Below, one piece after another: positions 1-9,826 of a DNA stretch of 64,000 nt. The notes below the pieces were generated by a model. It did not search any database and was not told the DNA's origin. It saw only the letters and a list, made by a program, of their open reading frames with translations. A program made the translations under genes and the position numbers. Positions within the stretch are counted from its first letter, which is position 1; every line of letters begins with the position of its first letter. Source of the stretch: Candidatus Aegiribacteria sp. (GTDB taxonomy: Bacteria > Fermentibacterota > Fermentibacteria > Fermentibacterales > JCC-6); NCBI GenBank assembly GCA_046498225.1, contig JAWOBF010000061.1:3709-67708 (forward strand), written 5' to 3'.

Positions 1-81
1 ACCTGTCCGCCGCGGTGGACATCATTCTGGGGGATTCAGACGGGGGTTCCGGATTGATGGGTCCATGAGAATATTACCCGC

Positions 82-846
82 ATGAAAAGAAGACGTCGAA
101 GAAGCCGGTTCGCGCGGTTCCTGGGACTGCTGCTCCCCTTCCTTCTCCCGGCAGCGGTATTCGTGGTCTGGATGGTCTCCCAGTGCCGCGGACAGGAGCA
201 GAACCCGCTTCATATCGTGGCTTCCATGAACCTGGAGGGCGGAAGGACCACAACATTCTCCACCATACTCGAGGATGGCAGCGAAGCCGTGTGGCAATGC
301 TCGGAGGGCACTTTCATAGAGACGGGAGAAAGGTCCGCCGCCGGCAGGAGCGTCACCTGGCAGCCCTCGCCCGGACTCGAGGATTCGGTCTCCATAGTAA
401 TAACCACCCCCACCGTAACGGATACGGTCAGGTTCCTTCCGGTGATACCGGACATGGTCCCTTCGGTATCCGTATCCGCCGCGTATCACCTCTCCATACT
501 GGAAAGGGCAAGGAGCATACAGATAGCCCCCGGCATCTACAGGGCCGTTTCGTCCGCCGACGACCTGTCGGGTTACGACGGCCTGGTGATACTCCTGGTC
601 AAGACCCGCGGCGACCTCAGGAAGGCTTACGGAATGCTTCCGGGAGACACACTCTTCCTCGCCCTTCCCCTGGGAGGGATAGTCCAGGCCACCGGACTGG
701 ACAACATGGAGGACGCCATGGACAACGAGGGGAGCATTCAGATAGTGTTCGAGACGGTGGAGGATTCACTTGCCGCCGAAGTCTTCGGCGATGGGCCGTC
801 ACCTGAACCTGAACAGGTAACGCCTCCTCCTGGAGAAGAGCCATAG
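82..846 (+). CDS. hypothetical exported or membrane-anchored protein (254 aa)
   Basis: N-terminus MKRRRRRSRFARFLGLLLPFLLPAAVFVVWMV has an Arg-rich n-region followed by a hydrophobic helix. Residue composition is balanced, unlike the Arg/Pro/Gly-rich overlapping frames. No family recognised. Confidence 0.5.
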   Translation: MKRRRRRSRFARFLGLLLPFLLPAAVFVVWMVSQCRGQEQNPLHIVASMNLEGGRTTTFSTILEDGSEAVWQCSEGTFIETGERSAAGRSVTWQPSPGLEDSVSIVITTPTVTDTVRFLPVIPDMVPSVSVSAAYHLSILERARSIQIAPGIYRAVSSADDLSGYDGLVILLVKTRGDLRKAYGMLPGDTLFLALPLGGIVQATGLDNMEDAMDNEGSIQIVFETVEDSLAAEVFGDGPSPEPEQVTPPPGEEP

Positions 847-2091
847 GCCGGTGATACCGGCCGCCCAGACCCAGGTCATCCACGGCCTGTACACCACACC
901 TCCGGTTCCCATTTTCTGAAGCAATCCGAACCACAGGTATACCGTCCACTCCGACAGGACGGCGGCTGCCCCCGTCAATGGCAGGAGGGCGAGGGGTGCC
1001 AGCATCATCAGGGCAAGCATGAAGGGTATAGAGACGACGGTTGCAAGCGGCGCCGCCGGATTGAACCCTCCGTATACCGAGGATACGAGGGGAGCCAGGG
1101 CCAGTGTTACCACAACTCCGGCGTAGCCCGCGGAGAGGAACCATCCACCGCGCCCCTCGAACCTCCTTCCCATCAGGATAAGGCTCAGGACGGCCGCGAA
1201 CGACATCTGAGCGCCCACGTCGTTCAGGACTTCCGGCCCCGATACGGCCAGGACCATCACTGCCGCAACCGACCATACCATGAGGAGATCCGGTGCTCTT
1301 CCCCGTAGATGCCACAGTGTGACCACAGCCGTGAGCATTATCCATGCCCGTACGGTGGATGGCCTCCCCCCCGAGACCATGACGAAGAACCCGCTTGCAA
1401 GGATTACGGCGGTTACGGCGGTCAGTCCCTTTCCGGTGATGCCCCGGAACACCGCCAGCACAGCGGCGGCCAGAATGCCCACGTGCAGACCGGAGAGCGC
1501 CAGAAGGTGTGAGGTGCCGGTTCTTCTGAACGCATCCCTGACCAGCGCGGGCAATTGCCCCCTCTCTCCCGCTATCAGGGCGGACGCCAGCGATGAGGTG
1601 CTCCTGGAGGGTATCCTATCCCGGAAGGCTGCCGAAAGTCGCAGCCTCAGCCTGTCCTGAAAGGCCTTCGAGCGTTTCACACGGAATGCTGACACGCTGA
1701 TGAACCTGCCCCTCAGCCAGCCCATGGCCGTCACCGAGTCTCCCCTGGCGCAGCTTTCCGGCAGTTCCCTTCCCGAAGCCCAGACGGTTCCGACATCATG
1801 GCTGTGAAGAAGCGCCCCGCCCGTTGTCGTGGTCACAACGGAGAACCGCCACACTCCACCCCGGCCCCGGTCGGGCCCGGAAGCGCCGGATGCGTGATGG
1901 ATGACGCTCATTCCGGCCAGAAACGCCGCAGAGCACAGGAGCAGCCTTCCCGCCCTTCCGGCGCCGGCCGCCGCAAGGAGAACCCCGGCCGCCAGGGCCG
2001 GGGCCCATATTTGGGCCGAGAACCCGACCGGGGTATAATATCCGGTCAGGAATAGGACCACGAGCAGGAAAGGCAGACGTTTGAATACCAT
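799..2091 (-). CDS. comEC: ComEC/Rec2-family competence-domain membrane protein, short form without a metallo-beta-lactamase domain
   Basis: Polytopic. The motif TSHLLALSGLHVGILAAAVL matches the ComEC channel-domain signature (SHLLAISGLH). At 430 aa it is too short to carry the C-terminal MBL domain. Confidence 0.7.
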   Translation of the reverse strand: MVFKRLPFLLVVLFLTGYYTPVGFSAQIWAPALAAGVLLAAAGAGRAGRLLLCSAAFLAGMSVIHHASGASGPDRGRGGVWRFSVVTTTTGGALLHSHDVGTVWASGRELPESCARGDSVTAMGWLRGRFISVSAFRVKRSKAFQDRLRLRLSAAFRDRIPSRSTSSLASALIAGERGQLPALVRDAFRRTGTSHLLALSGLHVGILAAAVLAVFRGITGKGLTAVTAVILASGFFVMVSGGRPSTVRAWIMLTAVVTLWHLRGRAPDLLMVWSVAAVMVLAVSGPEVLNDVGAQMSFAAVLSLILMGRRFEGRGGWFLSAGYAGVVVTLALAPLVSSVYGGFNPAAPLATVVSIPFMLALMMLAPLALLPLTGAAAVLSEWTVYLWFGLLQKMGTGGVVYRPWMTWVWAAGITGLWLFSRRRRYLFRFR

Positions 2092-2134
2092 TTCGAATAC
2101 AGTTTACTCCGAATCCCTGCACTGTTCAAGGGGA

Positions 2135-2593
2135 ATGCCGATATTCCTGCTAGACAACCTGCGGAGCGCTTTCAACGTCGGTTCGGTATTCCGCACCGCT
2201 GAAGCGGTGAGCCCCGCCGCAGTATTCCTCACCGGAATCTGCTGCAGACCGGGCAACAGGAAGCTGGCCCACACCTCCAGAGGAACTCACGCATCGGTCC
2301 CCTGGCGTTACTTCGATCTGGCGCGGGAAGCCGCCGAGTGGGTCCTGGAAAGCGGCAGAACGCTGGTGGCGGTGGAGAACACGGAGGATTCCCGTGTTCT
2401 ATGGGATGCCGATATCCCCCTCTCTTCGGCCTTCATGCTGGGTAACGAGGCGCTGGGCCTCTGTTCCGAGCTCTCGCGCATGGCCCACCTGAAGGTGCGC
2501 TTCCCCCAGACCGGTTTCAGGAAATGCATAAACGTATCCAGCACAGCAGCCATAATAGCCGGCGAGCTCCAGAGACGCAGGATGTCGGGCTGA
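2135..2593 (+). CDS. SpoU/TrmH-family RNA 2'-O-methyltransferase
   Basis: Motifs NLRSAFNVGSVFRTAEA, LGNEALGL and INVSSTAAIIAGEL are SpoU-methylase motifs. The ORF-track start at 2081 would overlap the divergent comEC start, so I prefer the ATG at 2135 (MPIFLLDN...). Confidence 0.75.
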   Translation: MPIFLLDNLRSAFNVGSVFRTAEAVSPAAVFLTGICCRPGNRKLAHTSRGTHASVPWRYFDLAREAAEWVLESGRTLVAVENTEDSRVLWDADIPLSSAFMLGNEALGLCSELSRMAHLKVRFPQTGFRKCINVSSTAAIIAGELQRRRMSG

Positions 2594-2639
2594 CTTATTT
2601 CGACCTAACCGCTATTTATCCGCTATATGATCTATAACG

Positions 2640-3971
2640 CTATCTGATATAGCCCAGGTCCCTCAGCTGGTTGTTCTGGGCCTCGCCGAAGGACACTTCG
2701 GGAGGGTCCGCCACGGGGGGTGTGGACCAGTAGTACTCCACGGATTCGATCATGGACCGGTGGACTACGCTCAGAGGTTCCTGCTCCAGCGGGTCCGACG
2801 CAAGGTCGTAGAGTTCTGTACCGCCGTCCTCGGAGTACCATATCATCTTGAGACTGTCCCTTCTCATGGATGCCTGGGGAACGTTGCTCCATAGCAGGTT
2901 GCTGGCGGGAAGGTCCCTGGACGCGCTCACCGGGGCCAGCAGGTCCGCTCCCGGAAGACCGGGGGGTGGTTCCACGTCAATGAAGGAGAGGATGGTGGGC
3001 AGAAGGTCCAGCAGCGCGGAGGGTTCCTCCCTGCGGACCCCCGCCGGCACTCCCGGCCCGCTCATGATCAGGGGAACGTGCAGGACTTCCTGGTACAGTG
3101 TCCTGCCGTGCTCTATGCCGGAATGTTCCAGGAACTCCTCCCCGTGGTCGGCGGTGACTACGACCAGTGTGCTTTCGGACAGACCGGAGGTTCTGAGGTA
3201 GCGGAGCAGCCGGCCCAGCTCCGCGTCGGTGAAGGCTATCTCACCATCGTAGAGTCCCATCATTCCTGTGAGGCCTTCCGGTGAGAGTACCGCTGCACCG
3301 CTGTTTACCGAGGTCATGGTATCCATCTGGAATTCACCGGACCGGAGGGGGCCCATGGATGAGGACGCGTACAGGGTATCGTAGGGCGAGGGCGGGTCGT
3401 AGGGTATGTGAGGGTCGTAGAAATGGACCACCGCCAGGAACGCTTCATCCCTGCCTTCAAGCCATGAGACAGCGGCGTCGGTCGTCTCGTCGGCCCTCCT
3501 GGTGCCCCTGTTTCCGGTGACGCCCCGGCAGTCGAAATGGTCGAACCCCCTGTGAAATCCGAAGTCCTCGCTCAGGAATATCACGTTCAGTATGGCGCAG
3601 GTGGACATGCCCCGGGAATGAAGGATACCCTGGAGGGTGGGGATGGAGGGGGACAGGCCGAACATCCGGCCGCCGGAGGCTCCGGCGCCATGCTCTCTTG
3701 GAGCGAGCCCGGTCAGGATGGATGAAACCGAGGGAAGCGTCCAGGAACTCTGAGCCTGTGTCTGCATCCAGGCGGTGCCCGAAGCGGCCAGGCTGTCCAG
3801 AACGGGTGTAATGTCCCGTTCGTAGCCCCAGTATCCAACGTGATCGGCCCTGAGAGTGTCGATGATTATCAGAAGGACGCTGAGGTCGGGTTCCATTTCA
3901 TCCCTGTTCCCGCCGCAGGCCGAAAGGGCCATGATCAGACACATGAGAAGCGGTACGATCGGCTTTTTCAT
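2640..3971 (-). CDS. sulfatase-fold (alkaline-phosphatase superfamily) lipoprotein with Thr at the nucleophile position
   Basis: Lipobox LSAC. Motifs LLIIIDTLRADHVGYWGY, WTLPSVSSILTGL (aligns to C-x-P-S-R-x-x-x-L-T-G of sulfatases) and DHGEEFLEH. Paralog of 57241..58599. Confidence 0.8.
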   Translation of the reverse strand: MKKPIVPLLMCLIMALSACGGNRDEMEPDLSVLLIIIDTLRADHVGYWGYERDITPVLDSLAASGTAWMQTQAQSSWTLPSVSSILTGLAPREHGAGASGGRMFGLSPSIPTLQGILHSRGMSTCAILNVIFLSEDFGFHRGFDHFDCRGVTGNRGTRRADETTDAAVSWLEGRDEAFLAVVHFYDPHIPYDPPSPYDTLYASSSMGPLRSGEFQMDTMTSVNSGAAVLSPEGLTGMMGLYDGEIAFTDAELGRLLRYLRTSGLSESTLVVVTADHGEEFLEHSGIEHGRTLYQEVLHVPLIMSGPGVPAGVRREEPSALLDLLPTILSFIDVEPPPGLPGADLLAPVSASRDLPASNLLWSNVPQASMRRDSLKMIWYSEDGGTELYDLASDPLEQEPLSVVHRSMIESVEYYWSTPPVADPPEVSFGEAQNNQLRDLGYIR

Positions 3972-6661
3972 CAGTGCTGCGCCTCCAGCCAGTTATTCCC
4001 CGCGCCGGTGTCGACCACCAGCGGCACGTCCAGGGTAACGGCGCCCGCCATTTCTTCCTGTATGATCCCGGCCACCTCTTCCGCCCTCTCCATCGGAGCC
4101 GCGGCCACCAGCTCATCGTGCACCTGGAGAACCAGGCCCGCGCCGTCGATATCCCTCAGCCGACGGTCCACTGCTATCATGGCAAGCTTTATTATGTCCG
4201 CGGCCGAGCCCTGAATGGTTGTATTCACCGCCATCCTCTCCATGGAGTTCCTGTGCGCGCCCTTCGCGGTTTTCATTCCGCTGAATTCCCTTCTTCTTCC
4301 CAGCAGGGTCCTGGTCTCCCCGTGTTCCTCCGCGAAGCTTACGCAGCTGTCGAAGAAGGATTTCACCTCCGGATAGGTGGAGACGTATCTGTCAATTATA
4401 TCCGCCGCGTCTCCCCTGCTTATGCCTATCCTGTTGCTCAGGCCCCACGGGCTTATTCCGTAGAGAATGGAGAAATTGACCTCCTTGGCCTTTCTTCTGT
4501 TCCCGGGGGAATCATCCCCGAACACCGCCCTTGCGGTGGAGCTGTGTACGTCCCTCTCCTCCTCGAAGGCCTGTCTCATGTTCCCCGGGCCGGCCAGATG
4601 CGCCAGTACTCGGAGCTCAATCTGGGAATAGTCGGCGGTCACGAAAACGTTCCCCTCGCCCGGAGGGATGAAGCACCTTCTTATCTCCCGTCCCCTGCTT
4701 GTCCTGATGGGAATGTTCTGAAGGTTCGGATGGCTGGAGCTGAGCCTTCCGGTGGCTGTCACCGTCTGACTGAAACTGGTATGGATGAGACCGTCCCTGC
4801 TGCAGATGAACCCGGGAAGTTTCCTGACGTAGGTATTCAGAAGCTTGGAGAGTTCCCGGTGCTCTATCACGGTATCCACGAACCGATGTTCTCCCCTGAG
4901 CTTTTCCAGGACCTCCATGGATGAAGAGTCCGCCCCGGAGGCGGTCTTTCTCACCGGTGTGAGGCCGAGAGTGTCGAACAGGACGCGGGATACCTGGGAG
5001 GGGCTGTTCAGGTTGATCCGATACCCGGCGGTCTTCGCGGCTGTCTCCTCCAGGTCCATCATGTCGGAGGTGAACTCCTCCTCCAGCTGACCCAGCGACT
5101 CTATGTCCAGTCCGACCCCCCTTTTCTCCATGTCGGCGATTATTCTCACCAGGGGCAGCTCCACCTCCCGGTAGATACTGAGAAGCGCCGGGTCCCCGGC
5201 CAGCTTCTCTTCCAGGAGCAGCGAGAGTTCCAGCGCGGTTGCCGAATCACATCCGCAGTAATCGGCCACCTCCTCTGTGCCCACCTCGGCCAGGGTTTCG
5301 GCCCCTTCCAGAACATCCCCGTATTCCTTCATGGGCCTTTCCAGCCAGGTGGTCGAGAGATTGGAGAGGGAATGGGACTGTATCTCCGGGCGAAGAAGGT
5401 AATCGGCTATCATGGGGTCTGCGGCCAGCCGGTCTATCCTCAGACCCAGGTTCTCGAGGATATGCATATCGTACTTGCCGTTCTGAGCGGTTATCCGTTT
5501 CCCTTCCAGCTTTTCCGCCAGGAGGGGAATTACGCGGGAGACTTCCAGGGCGTCGGGACCGGCCAGCGGAACGTACCAGGCGCTGCGTTTCTGAAACGAC
5601 AGCGACACACCTACAGGTTCAGCCTCGAAGGGGTCCCTGGAAGTGGTTTCCGTGTCAATGGCCAGAAGACCTTCCTTCCCGGTTTCCACAATGAGGTCCG
5701 ACAGGCTGTCGAGACTGCGGATAATGCGGGTGCTGCACCACTCCTGCCGGGTGCCCGCCTGGACAGAGCTGAAGAGGTCGCCCGCCGGACGTATGCCGAG
5801 TTTCTCCAGTATGCTGCTCATTCCCAGGTCGGTCAGCATTTCCGCTGCGGCCGCCCTGTCCGGCGGTTTCATCGCCAGACCTTCCAGGTCGATATCCATC
5901 TCCATGGCCGGGACAAGCGAGACCAGCTCCCTGCTCAGGTCCACCATCTCCCTGTTCTCCTCCAGTTTTCTGCGGACGGAAGTGGAGGAAATGTCGTCCA
6001 GAGAGCTGTATATCCGCTCCAGACTTCCATACCGGTCAAGCAGCTTCAGGGCGGTCTTCCTGCCTATTCCCCTGGCGCCTGGAATATTGTCGGAAGGGTC
6101 ACCGGTCAGGGCAAGGAAGTCGGCCACCTGGTCGGCCCTTACCCCCATTACCTCCGGAACGTCCTCCTCCTCCACCACTACCTCCTGCTTCTCCCCCTTC
6201 CCGGGTCTTATGACGGTGACCCGTGGGGATGCGAGCTGGAGCAGGTCCTTGTCCGAAGACAGTATTTCGACCCTGTCCCCCCTTGAGCGCGCCTGCTGGA
6301 CCAGCCAGGCTATTATGTCGTCAGCCTCGAACCCCTCCCTCTCCAGAAGGGGGATACCGAGAGCGGGAATGAGCTTTCGAGCATATTCGGACTGGATTCG
6401 GAGCTCCTCCGGCATACCCGGTCGGTTAGCCTTGTACAGGGGATAGAGCTCTACCCTGAAAACCGGTGAGGGGTGGTCGAATACCGCCGCCACCACGTCC
6501 GAACCGCGGGATTCCTTTCTTTCCAGTATCTCCCTGACCAGGAAGAACAGGCCGCTGGTGTTGGTCCCGTCACCGGCTCTTAGTGGGTTTCGCATCATGG
6601 CGAAATGCCCTCTGTAGAGCAGGGCGTGGCAGTCTACCAGGAGATAGAGCTTTTCAGGCAT
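3971..6661 (-). CDS. polA: DNA polymerase I
   Basis: 5'-nuclease N-terminus (LLVDCHALLYRGHFA), 3'-5' exonuclease block (AIDTETTS), and Pol A motifs DYSQIELRVLAHL and QVHDELV. The ATG at 6661 (MPEKLYLL) fits the family N-terminus better than the track start at 6703. Confidence 0.95.
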   Translation of the reverse strand: MPEKLYLLVDCHALLYRGHFAMMRNPLRAGDGTNTSGLFFLVREILERKESRGSDVVAAVFDHPSPVFRVELYPLYKANRPGMPEELRIQSEYARKLIPALGIPLLEREGFEADDIIAWLVQQARSRGDRVEILSSDKDLLQLASPRVTVIRPGKGEKQEVVVEEEDVPEVMGVRADQVADFLALTGDPSDNIPGARGIGRKTALKLLDRYGSLERIYSSLDDISSTSVRRKLEENREMVDLSRELVSLVPAMEMDIDLEGLAMKPPDRAAAAEMLTDLGMSSILEKLGIRPAGDLFSSVQAGTRQEWCSTRIIRSLDSLSDLIVETGKEGLLAIDTETTSRDPFEAEPVGVSLSFQKRSAWYVPLAGPDALEVSRVIPLLAEKLEGKRITAQNGKYDMHILENLGLRIDRLAADPMIADYLLRPEIQSHSLSNLSTTWLERPMKEYGDVLEGAETLAEVGTEEVADYCGCDSATALELSLLLEEKLAGDPALLSIYREVELPLVRIIADMEKRGVGLDIESLGQLEEEFTSDMMDLEETAAKTAGYRINLNSPSQVSRVLFDTLGLTPVRKTASGADSSSMEVLEKLRGEHRFVDTVIEHRELSKLLNTYVRKLPGFICSRDGLIHTSFSQTVTATGRLSSSHPNLQNIPIRTSRGREIRRCFIPPGEGNVFVTADYSQIELRVLAHLAGPGNMRQAFEEERDVHSSTARAVFGDDSPGNRRKAKEVNFSILYGISPWGLSNRIGISRGDAADIIDRYVSTYPEVKSFFDSCVSFAEEHGETRTLLGRRREFSGMKTAKGAHRNSMERMAVNTTIQGSAADIIKLAMIAVDRRLRDIDGAGLVLQVHDELVAAAPMERAEEVAGIIQEEMAGAVTLDVPLVVDTGAGNNWLEAQH

Positions 6662-7568
6662 TTCCGTACTCTCCAGACCTTTTGAGCAGCGCAAGGGATT
6701 CATTCAGGACCTCCCCGGCGGATATCCTCCGCAGGCATTCCGCCTCGCCGCGGGGACAGTTTCGTCTGTAGCAGGGAGAGCATTCCAGGCCGGCTGTTAC
6801 CCGCGCGGCATGCCTGCCCATGGGCGCCGTCCATTCGGGAGAGGTGGAGCCGAATATGGTAACGGTGGGTATTCCAAGCGCGGCAGCAAGGTGTACTCCT
6901 CCGGAGTCGTTCCCCACCGTCAGGACTGATCCCATGAGAGCGGCGGCGAGACCTGGAATATCGAGGCCGGAGGCTGCTGAGCAGCATTCGATCCCCGAGG
7001 CGAGGTTCAGCAGATATTCCCTCTCATCCGCGGAGCCGTAGAGAACGGTTTTCAGACCGGTTTCCTTGGTCAGCCGGAATGCCAGTTCCCTGAATCCGGG
7101 CCATCTCTTTGCGCCGCCGTACCTGGCGCCGGGGAAGAGGGCTGCATGCGGGGTACTGGAGGGTTCAACGGCGGGAGCAGGCACATGAGGGGTACCGGAG
7201 CCTCCTGCGACCTCGGCCAGTCTCAGGTAATCAAGCGAATGATGGTGTTCCCTGCTGCCGGGAGGCTTGAGCGGGCGCGTGAGAAGTATCCTGCGCATAT
7301 CGGTGGCGTAGCCGATCCTTTCCGGAACGCGGGAAAGGAACCCCTGAAGCGCTGATCTGAAGGACCCGGCCATGAGAAGGAGAGTCCCGTAGTCCTTCCC
7401 GGAGACCCTGGGTCCGGTATGGACCCGGATGCCGGGAAAGAAGACGGGCATCAGGCCGGCCACCCGGTCATGGGACCAGAAACCGATCCCGGCAGGGTTC
7501 CCGGCCAGCATGGATATTGCCGGAATTGACATGACAGCGTCCCCCAGCCAGTTGGGAGTCCTTACCAA
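6654..7568 (-). CDS. glycosyltransferase family 9 (ADP-heptose:LPS heptosyltransferase-like)
   Basis: N-terminal VRTPNWLGDAVMSIPA (GT9 xxGD motif) and C-terminal GNDSGGVHLAAALGIPTVTIFG. The start codon is TTG. Confidence 0.85.
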   Translation of the reverse strand: MVRTPNWLGDAVMSIPAISMLAGNPAGIGFWSHDRVAGLMPVFFPGIRVHTGPRVSGKDYGTLLLMAGSFRSALQGFLSRVPERIGYATDMRRILLTRPLKPPGSREHHHSLDYLRLAEVAGGSGTPHVPAPAVEPSSTPHAALFPGARYGGAKRWPGFRELAFRLTKETGLKTVLYGSADEREYLLNLASGIECCSAASGLDIPGLAAALMGSVLTVGNDSGGVHLAAALGIPTVTIFGSTSPEWTAPMGRHAARVTAGLECSPCYRRNCPRGEAECLRRISAGEVLNESLALLKRSGEYGNA

Positions 7569-7578
7569 AAGAGAAATG

Positions 7579-8505
7579 CTACCATCCTCTCTTGAGAAGC
7601 TTCACCCAGGCGTCCACGAAATCGGCCTCCTGCCGGGAAGCTTCCACTCCGTGCCATTTCATGAAGTTTCCCTCCCTGTCCAGGCCCACCACCGGAACCT
7701 CGAAAGCGCAGGCGTCCCCCCAGAGGTCGTCGCTGTCTGTAGCCACCACGGACGCTCCCGCTACTATGGCGGTCTTCATCTCCCTGTCCAGACCGCTGAG
7801 TTCGGTGTTCTTCCCGGAGAGGCAGACGGTCCGGAGCGGAACTTCCGCCCTGTTCTTCTCCAGCACCCCCAGAGCTGTGGCGGTAGTGACTATGTAGGGA
7901 AGCATCCTGCCTGTTACGGGGGCCATCTTCTGCTCCGCCGCCCGCCTGGCGTGTTCCCGGACCACAGGTTTCCAGCCGAGGTGGTAGGAAAGCCCCAGAG
8001 CGCCGCACATCTGTTCCAGCTTTTCGGGGAAATAGGGACTTTTCGTCATGACGGTCAGATTGACGAGACGCGACCGCTCGTCCAGCGGTGCTATCCGTAT
8101 GCCGCATTTCGAATGCAGCAGGATGTCACGGTCGGATTCAATGACCTTTGAATAGGGATAGAAGAAAAGAGTGCCACTGGACAGCTTCTCCCCCTCCAGC
8201 GACCCGGGAACCCGAGGTTTCCCGACGTAGCGGTGAACGGAGGGTCTCCAGCTCAGCATATTGAACAGGCGGTGGTCCCTTTCCGGACAGATAACGTTCA
8301 GTTCCACTTCCTGGAATTCCTTCTGAAGGCTGTTGGCGAGGAAGAGGGCCGGCCAGACATCGGATTCCATCGGACCTGAGAAGATCACCAGTCCATCCGG
8401 GTCCCGCAGGTCGGCCGGCAGATGAATAACAGTGCGGTTCAGCCGTTTCAGGTCCCTTCCGCCTATCCCCAGGACCTTCAGCAGACGTTGGAGGAAACCG
8501 CTCAT
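7579..8505 (-). CDS. hypothetical protein, possibly a degenerate GT9 (heptosyltransferase) fold
   Basis: The 308-aa ORF is coupled by an ATGA overlap to the upstream gene. Its C-terminal IVAGASVVATDSDDLWGDACAFEVPVVGL resembles the GT9 xDSGxxHLAAAxGxPxVxLF block but lacks the canonical residues. Confidence 0.45.
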   Translation of the reverse strand: MSGFLQRLLKVLGIGGRDLKRLNRTVIHLPADLRDPDGLVIFSGPMESDVWPALFLANSLQKEFQEVELNVICPERDHRLFNMLSWRPSVHRYVGKPRVPGSLEGEKLSSGTLFFYPYSKVIESDRDILLHSKCGIRIAPLDERSRLVNLTVMTKSPYFPEKLEQMCGALGLSYHLGWKPVVREHARRAAEQKMAPVTGRMLPYIVTTATALGVLEKNRAEVPLRTVCLSGKNTELSGLDREMKTAIVAGASVVATDSDDLWGDACAFEVPVVGLDREGNFMKWHGVEASRQEADFVDAWVKLLKRGW

Positions 8506-9188
8506 TCCAGGTCGTTCATCAGTGACCTGGCGTAATCACGGGAGATGAATGAGAAGCCGGTGTCGGTATAGACCGACTGCAGGACCGACATCGCCCGGCC
8601 GAACCTGCCCTGGCCATGCAGGCTCAGCGCCAGCGCCGCCCGGGCCATGCCCTCCCGGGGAAAGTTCGAGGTGAGGAACATTGCCGCCTCTTCCGCTTCC
8701 CGGAACATTCCCGCCCCGACCAGCGCCAGGGTCAGGTCCAGGGCGGAATAGTACCTCTGACGCGTCGAGACGGCCCTGTCCATGGAAAGCAGGAACATTT
8801 CGGCGGCCCGAAGGGGCTCCCCCCTGAACTGAAGGGCCATCCCCTCGGCCCTGCTCCTGAGCCAGGGGTTTCCCGTCTGCCGGTCAAGGGCGGCGCAGGA
8901 GTATTCCGCCAGCCCGCAGTTCCAGGCCAGCCTGGCGAACCAGAAATCGAGATATCCCTCCTCCAGAGGCAGGCCATCCAGCCTCAGCATCAGGTCGAGA
9001 GCATGTATGCTGTTGCCGGAATAGAGGGACTCCTCTATGAAACGGCTGATTATACGCACTTCGCCGGCCAGGTCCTTCTCCTCGCTGTACTTCCTGCCGG
9101 CTTCCACCAGGTCGCCGGAGACCTCCAGGCTGAAACCCTGGGATAGTATCATTGCCAGCAGCAGCAGGACATTAAGGTTCATCATCAC
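8502..9188 (-). CDS. secreted helical-repeat (TPR-like) protein
   Basis: Signal peptide MMMNLNVLLLLAMILSQGFS, followed by repeated Ala/Leu/Tyr-rich helical pairs. Start/stop overlaps occur at both ends. Confidence 0.55.
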   Translation of the reverse strand: MMMNLNVLLLLAMILSQGFSLEVSGDLVEAGRKYSEEKDLAGEVRIISRFIEESLYSGNSIHALDLMLRLDGLPLEEGYLDFWFARLAWNCGLAEYSCAALDRQTGNPWLRSRAEGMALQFRGEPLRAAEMFLLSMDRAVSTRQRYYSALDLTLALVGAGMFREAEEAAMFLTSNFPREGMARAALALSLHGQGRFGRAMSVLQSVYTDTGFSFISRDYARSLMNDLE

Positions 9189-9826
9189 TCCATAATGCGC
9201 GACAGTATCCGTCTCAGCAGCCTGAGGTAGCTGAGAAGGCCTGTGAGCGCCGAAAGAAGGGCGAATATCATCAGGGGTGTATAGAGGGAGGAGAATATCT
9301 GCTTATGGGGGAACGCCAGCCTTGCGGTGGCGGTTATGAGAAGAAGGTAGCTGAAGAGCACGGCCAGCCGCTCGCCTGTGGTTATGGTCACAACGGGCAC
9401 GTGTACGCTCCAGGATATGATGGAGAGCGACAGCAGCAGCAGCAGGTGGTAACCGGTAAGCAGACCCGCCACGAAGGTATCCAGCCCGTTCAGGTTGAAC
9501 GCGACGATTATCAGGGCCACGGACAGGAACAGCTTGTCGGCGGTGAAATCCATCACCTTCCCGGGGTAGGTGTTCCTCTTCATCCTTCTGGCGGTCCAGC
9601 CGTCGAGGTAATCCGATACCGCGCCCGCCAGTATGAGCCAGAAAACCGGTACCGGGCTGCTGTACCTGTAGGCCAGGAGGACGAGGACACCGGCTCCGGC
9701 GAACCGGAACCAGGTTATCAGGGCCGGTACGATCGGAAAACTCCCGGCTATCTGATGAGCCCGGTTCTGCACCTCAGCCCTTATCTGATGCAGGATATTC
9801 CTGCCGTTTGCCGGGTTCGATGTCAC
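9185..9826 (-). CDS. CDP-alcohol phosphatidyltransferase family protein
   Basis: Signature DYLDGWTARRMKRNTYPGKVMDFTADK matches D-x2-DG-x2-AR-x8-G-x3-D-x3-D. Multi-TM. The GTG at 9826 forms a GTGA overlap with the upstream stop; the track start at 9901 would give a 79-nt overlap. Confidence 0.8.
   Translation of the reverse strand: MTSNPANGRNILHQIRAEVQNRAHQIAGSFPIVPALITWFRFAGAGVLVLLAYRYSSPVPVFWLILAGAVSDYLDGWTARRMKRNTYPGKVMDFTADKLFLSVALIIVAFNLNGLDTFVAGLLTGYHLLLLLSLSIISWSVHVPVVTITTGERLAVLFSYLLLITATARLAFPHKQIFSSLYTPLMIFALLSALTGLLSYLRLLRRILSRIME

Noticed and set aside
2081-2134. Track start of the SpoU methylase ORF at 2081
   Set aside because: It would overlap the divergent comEC start codon region. 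The family N-terminus matches the ATG at 2135.
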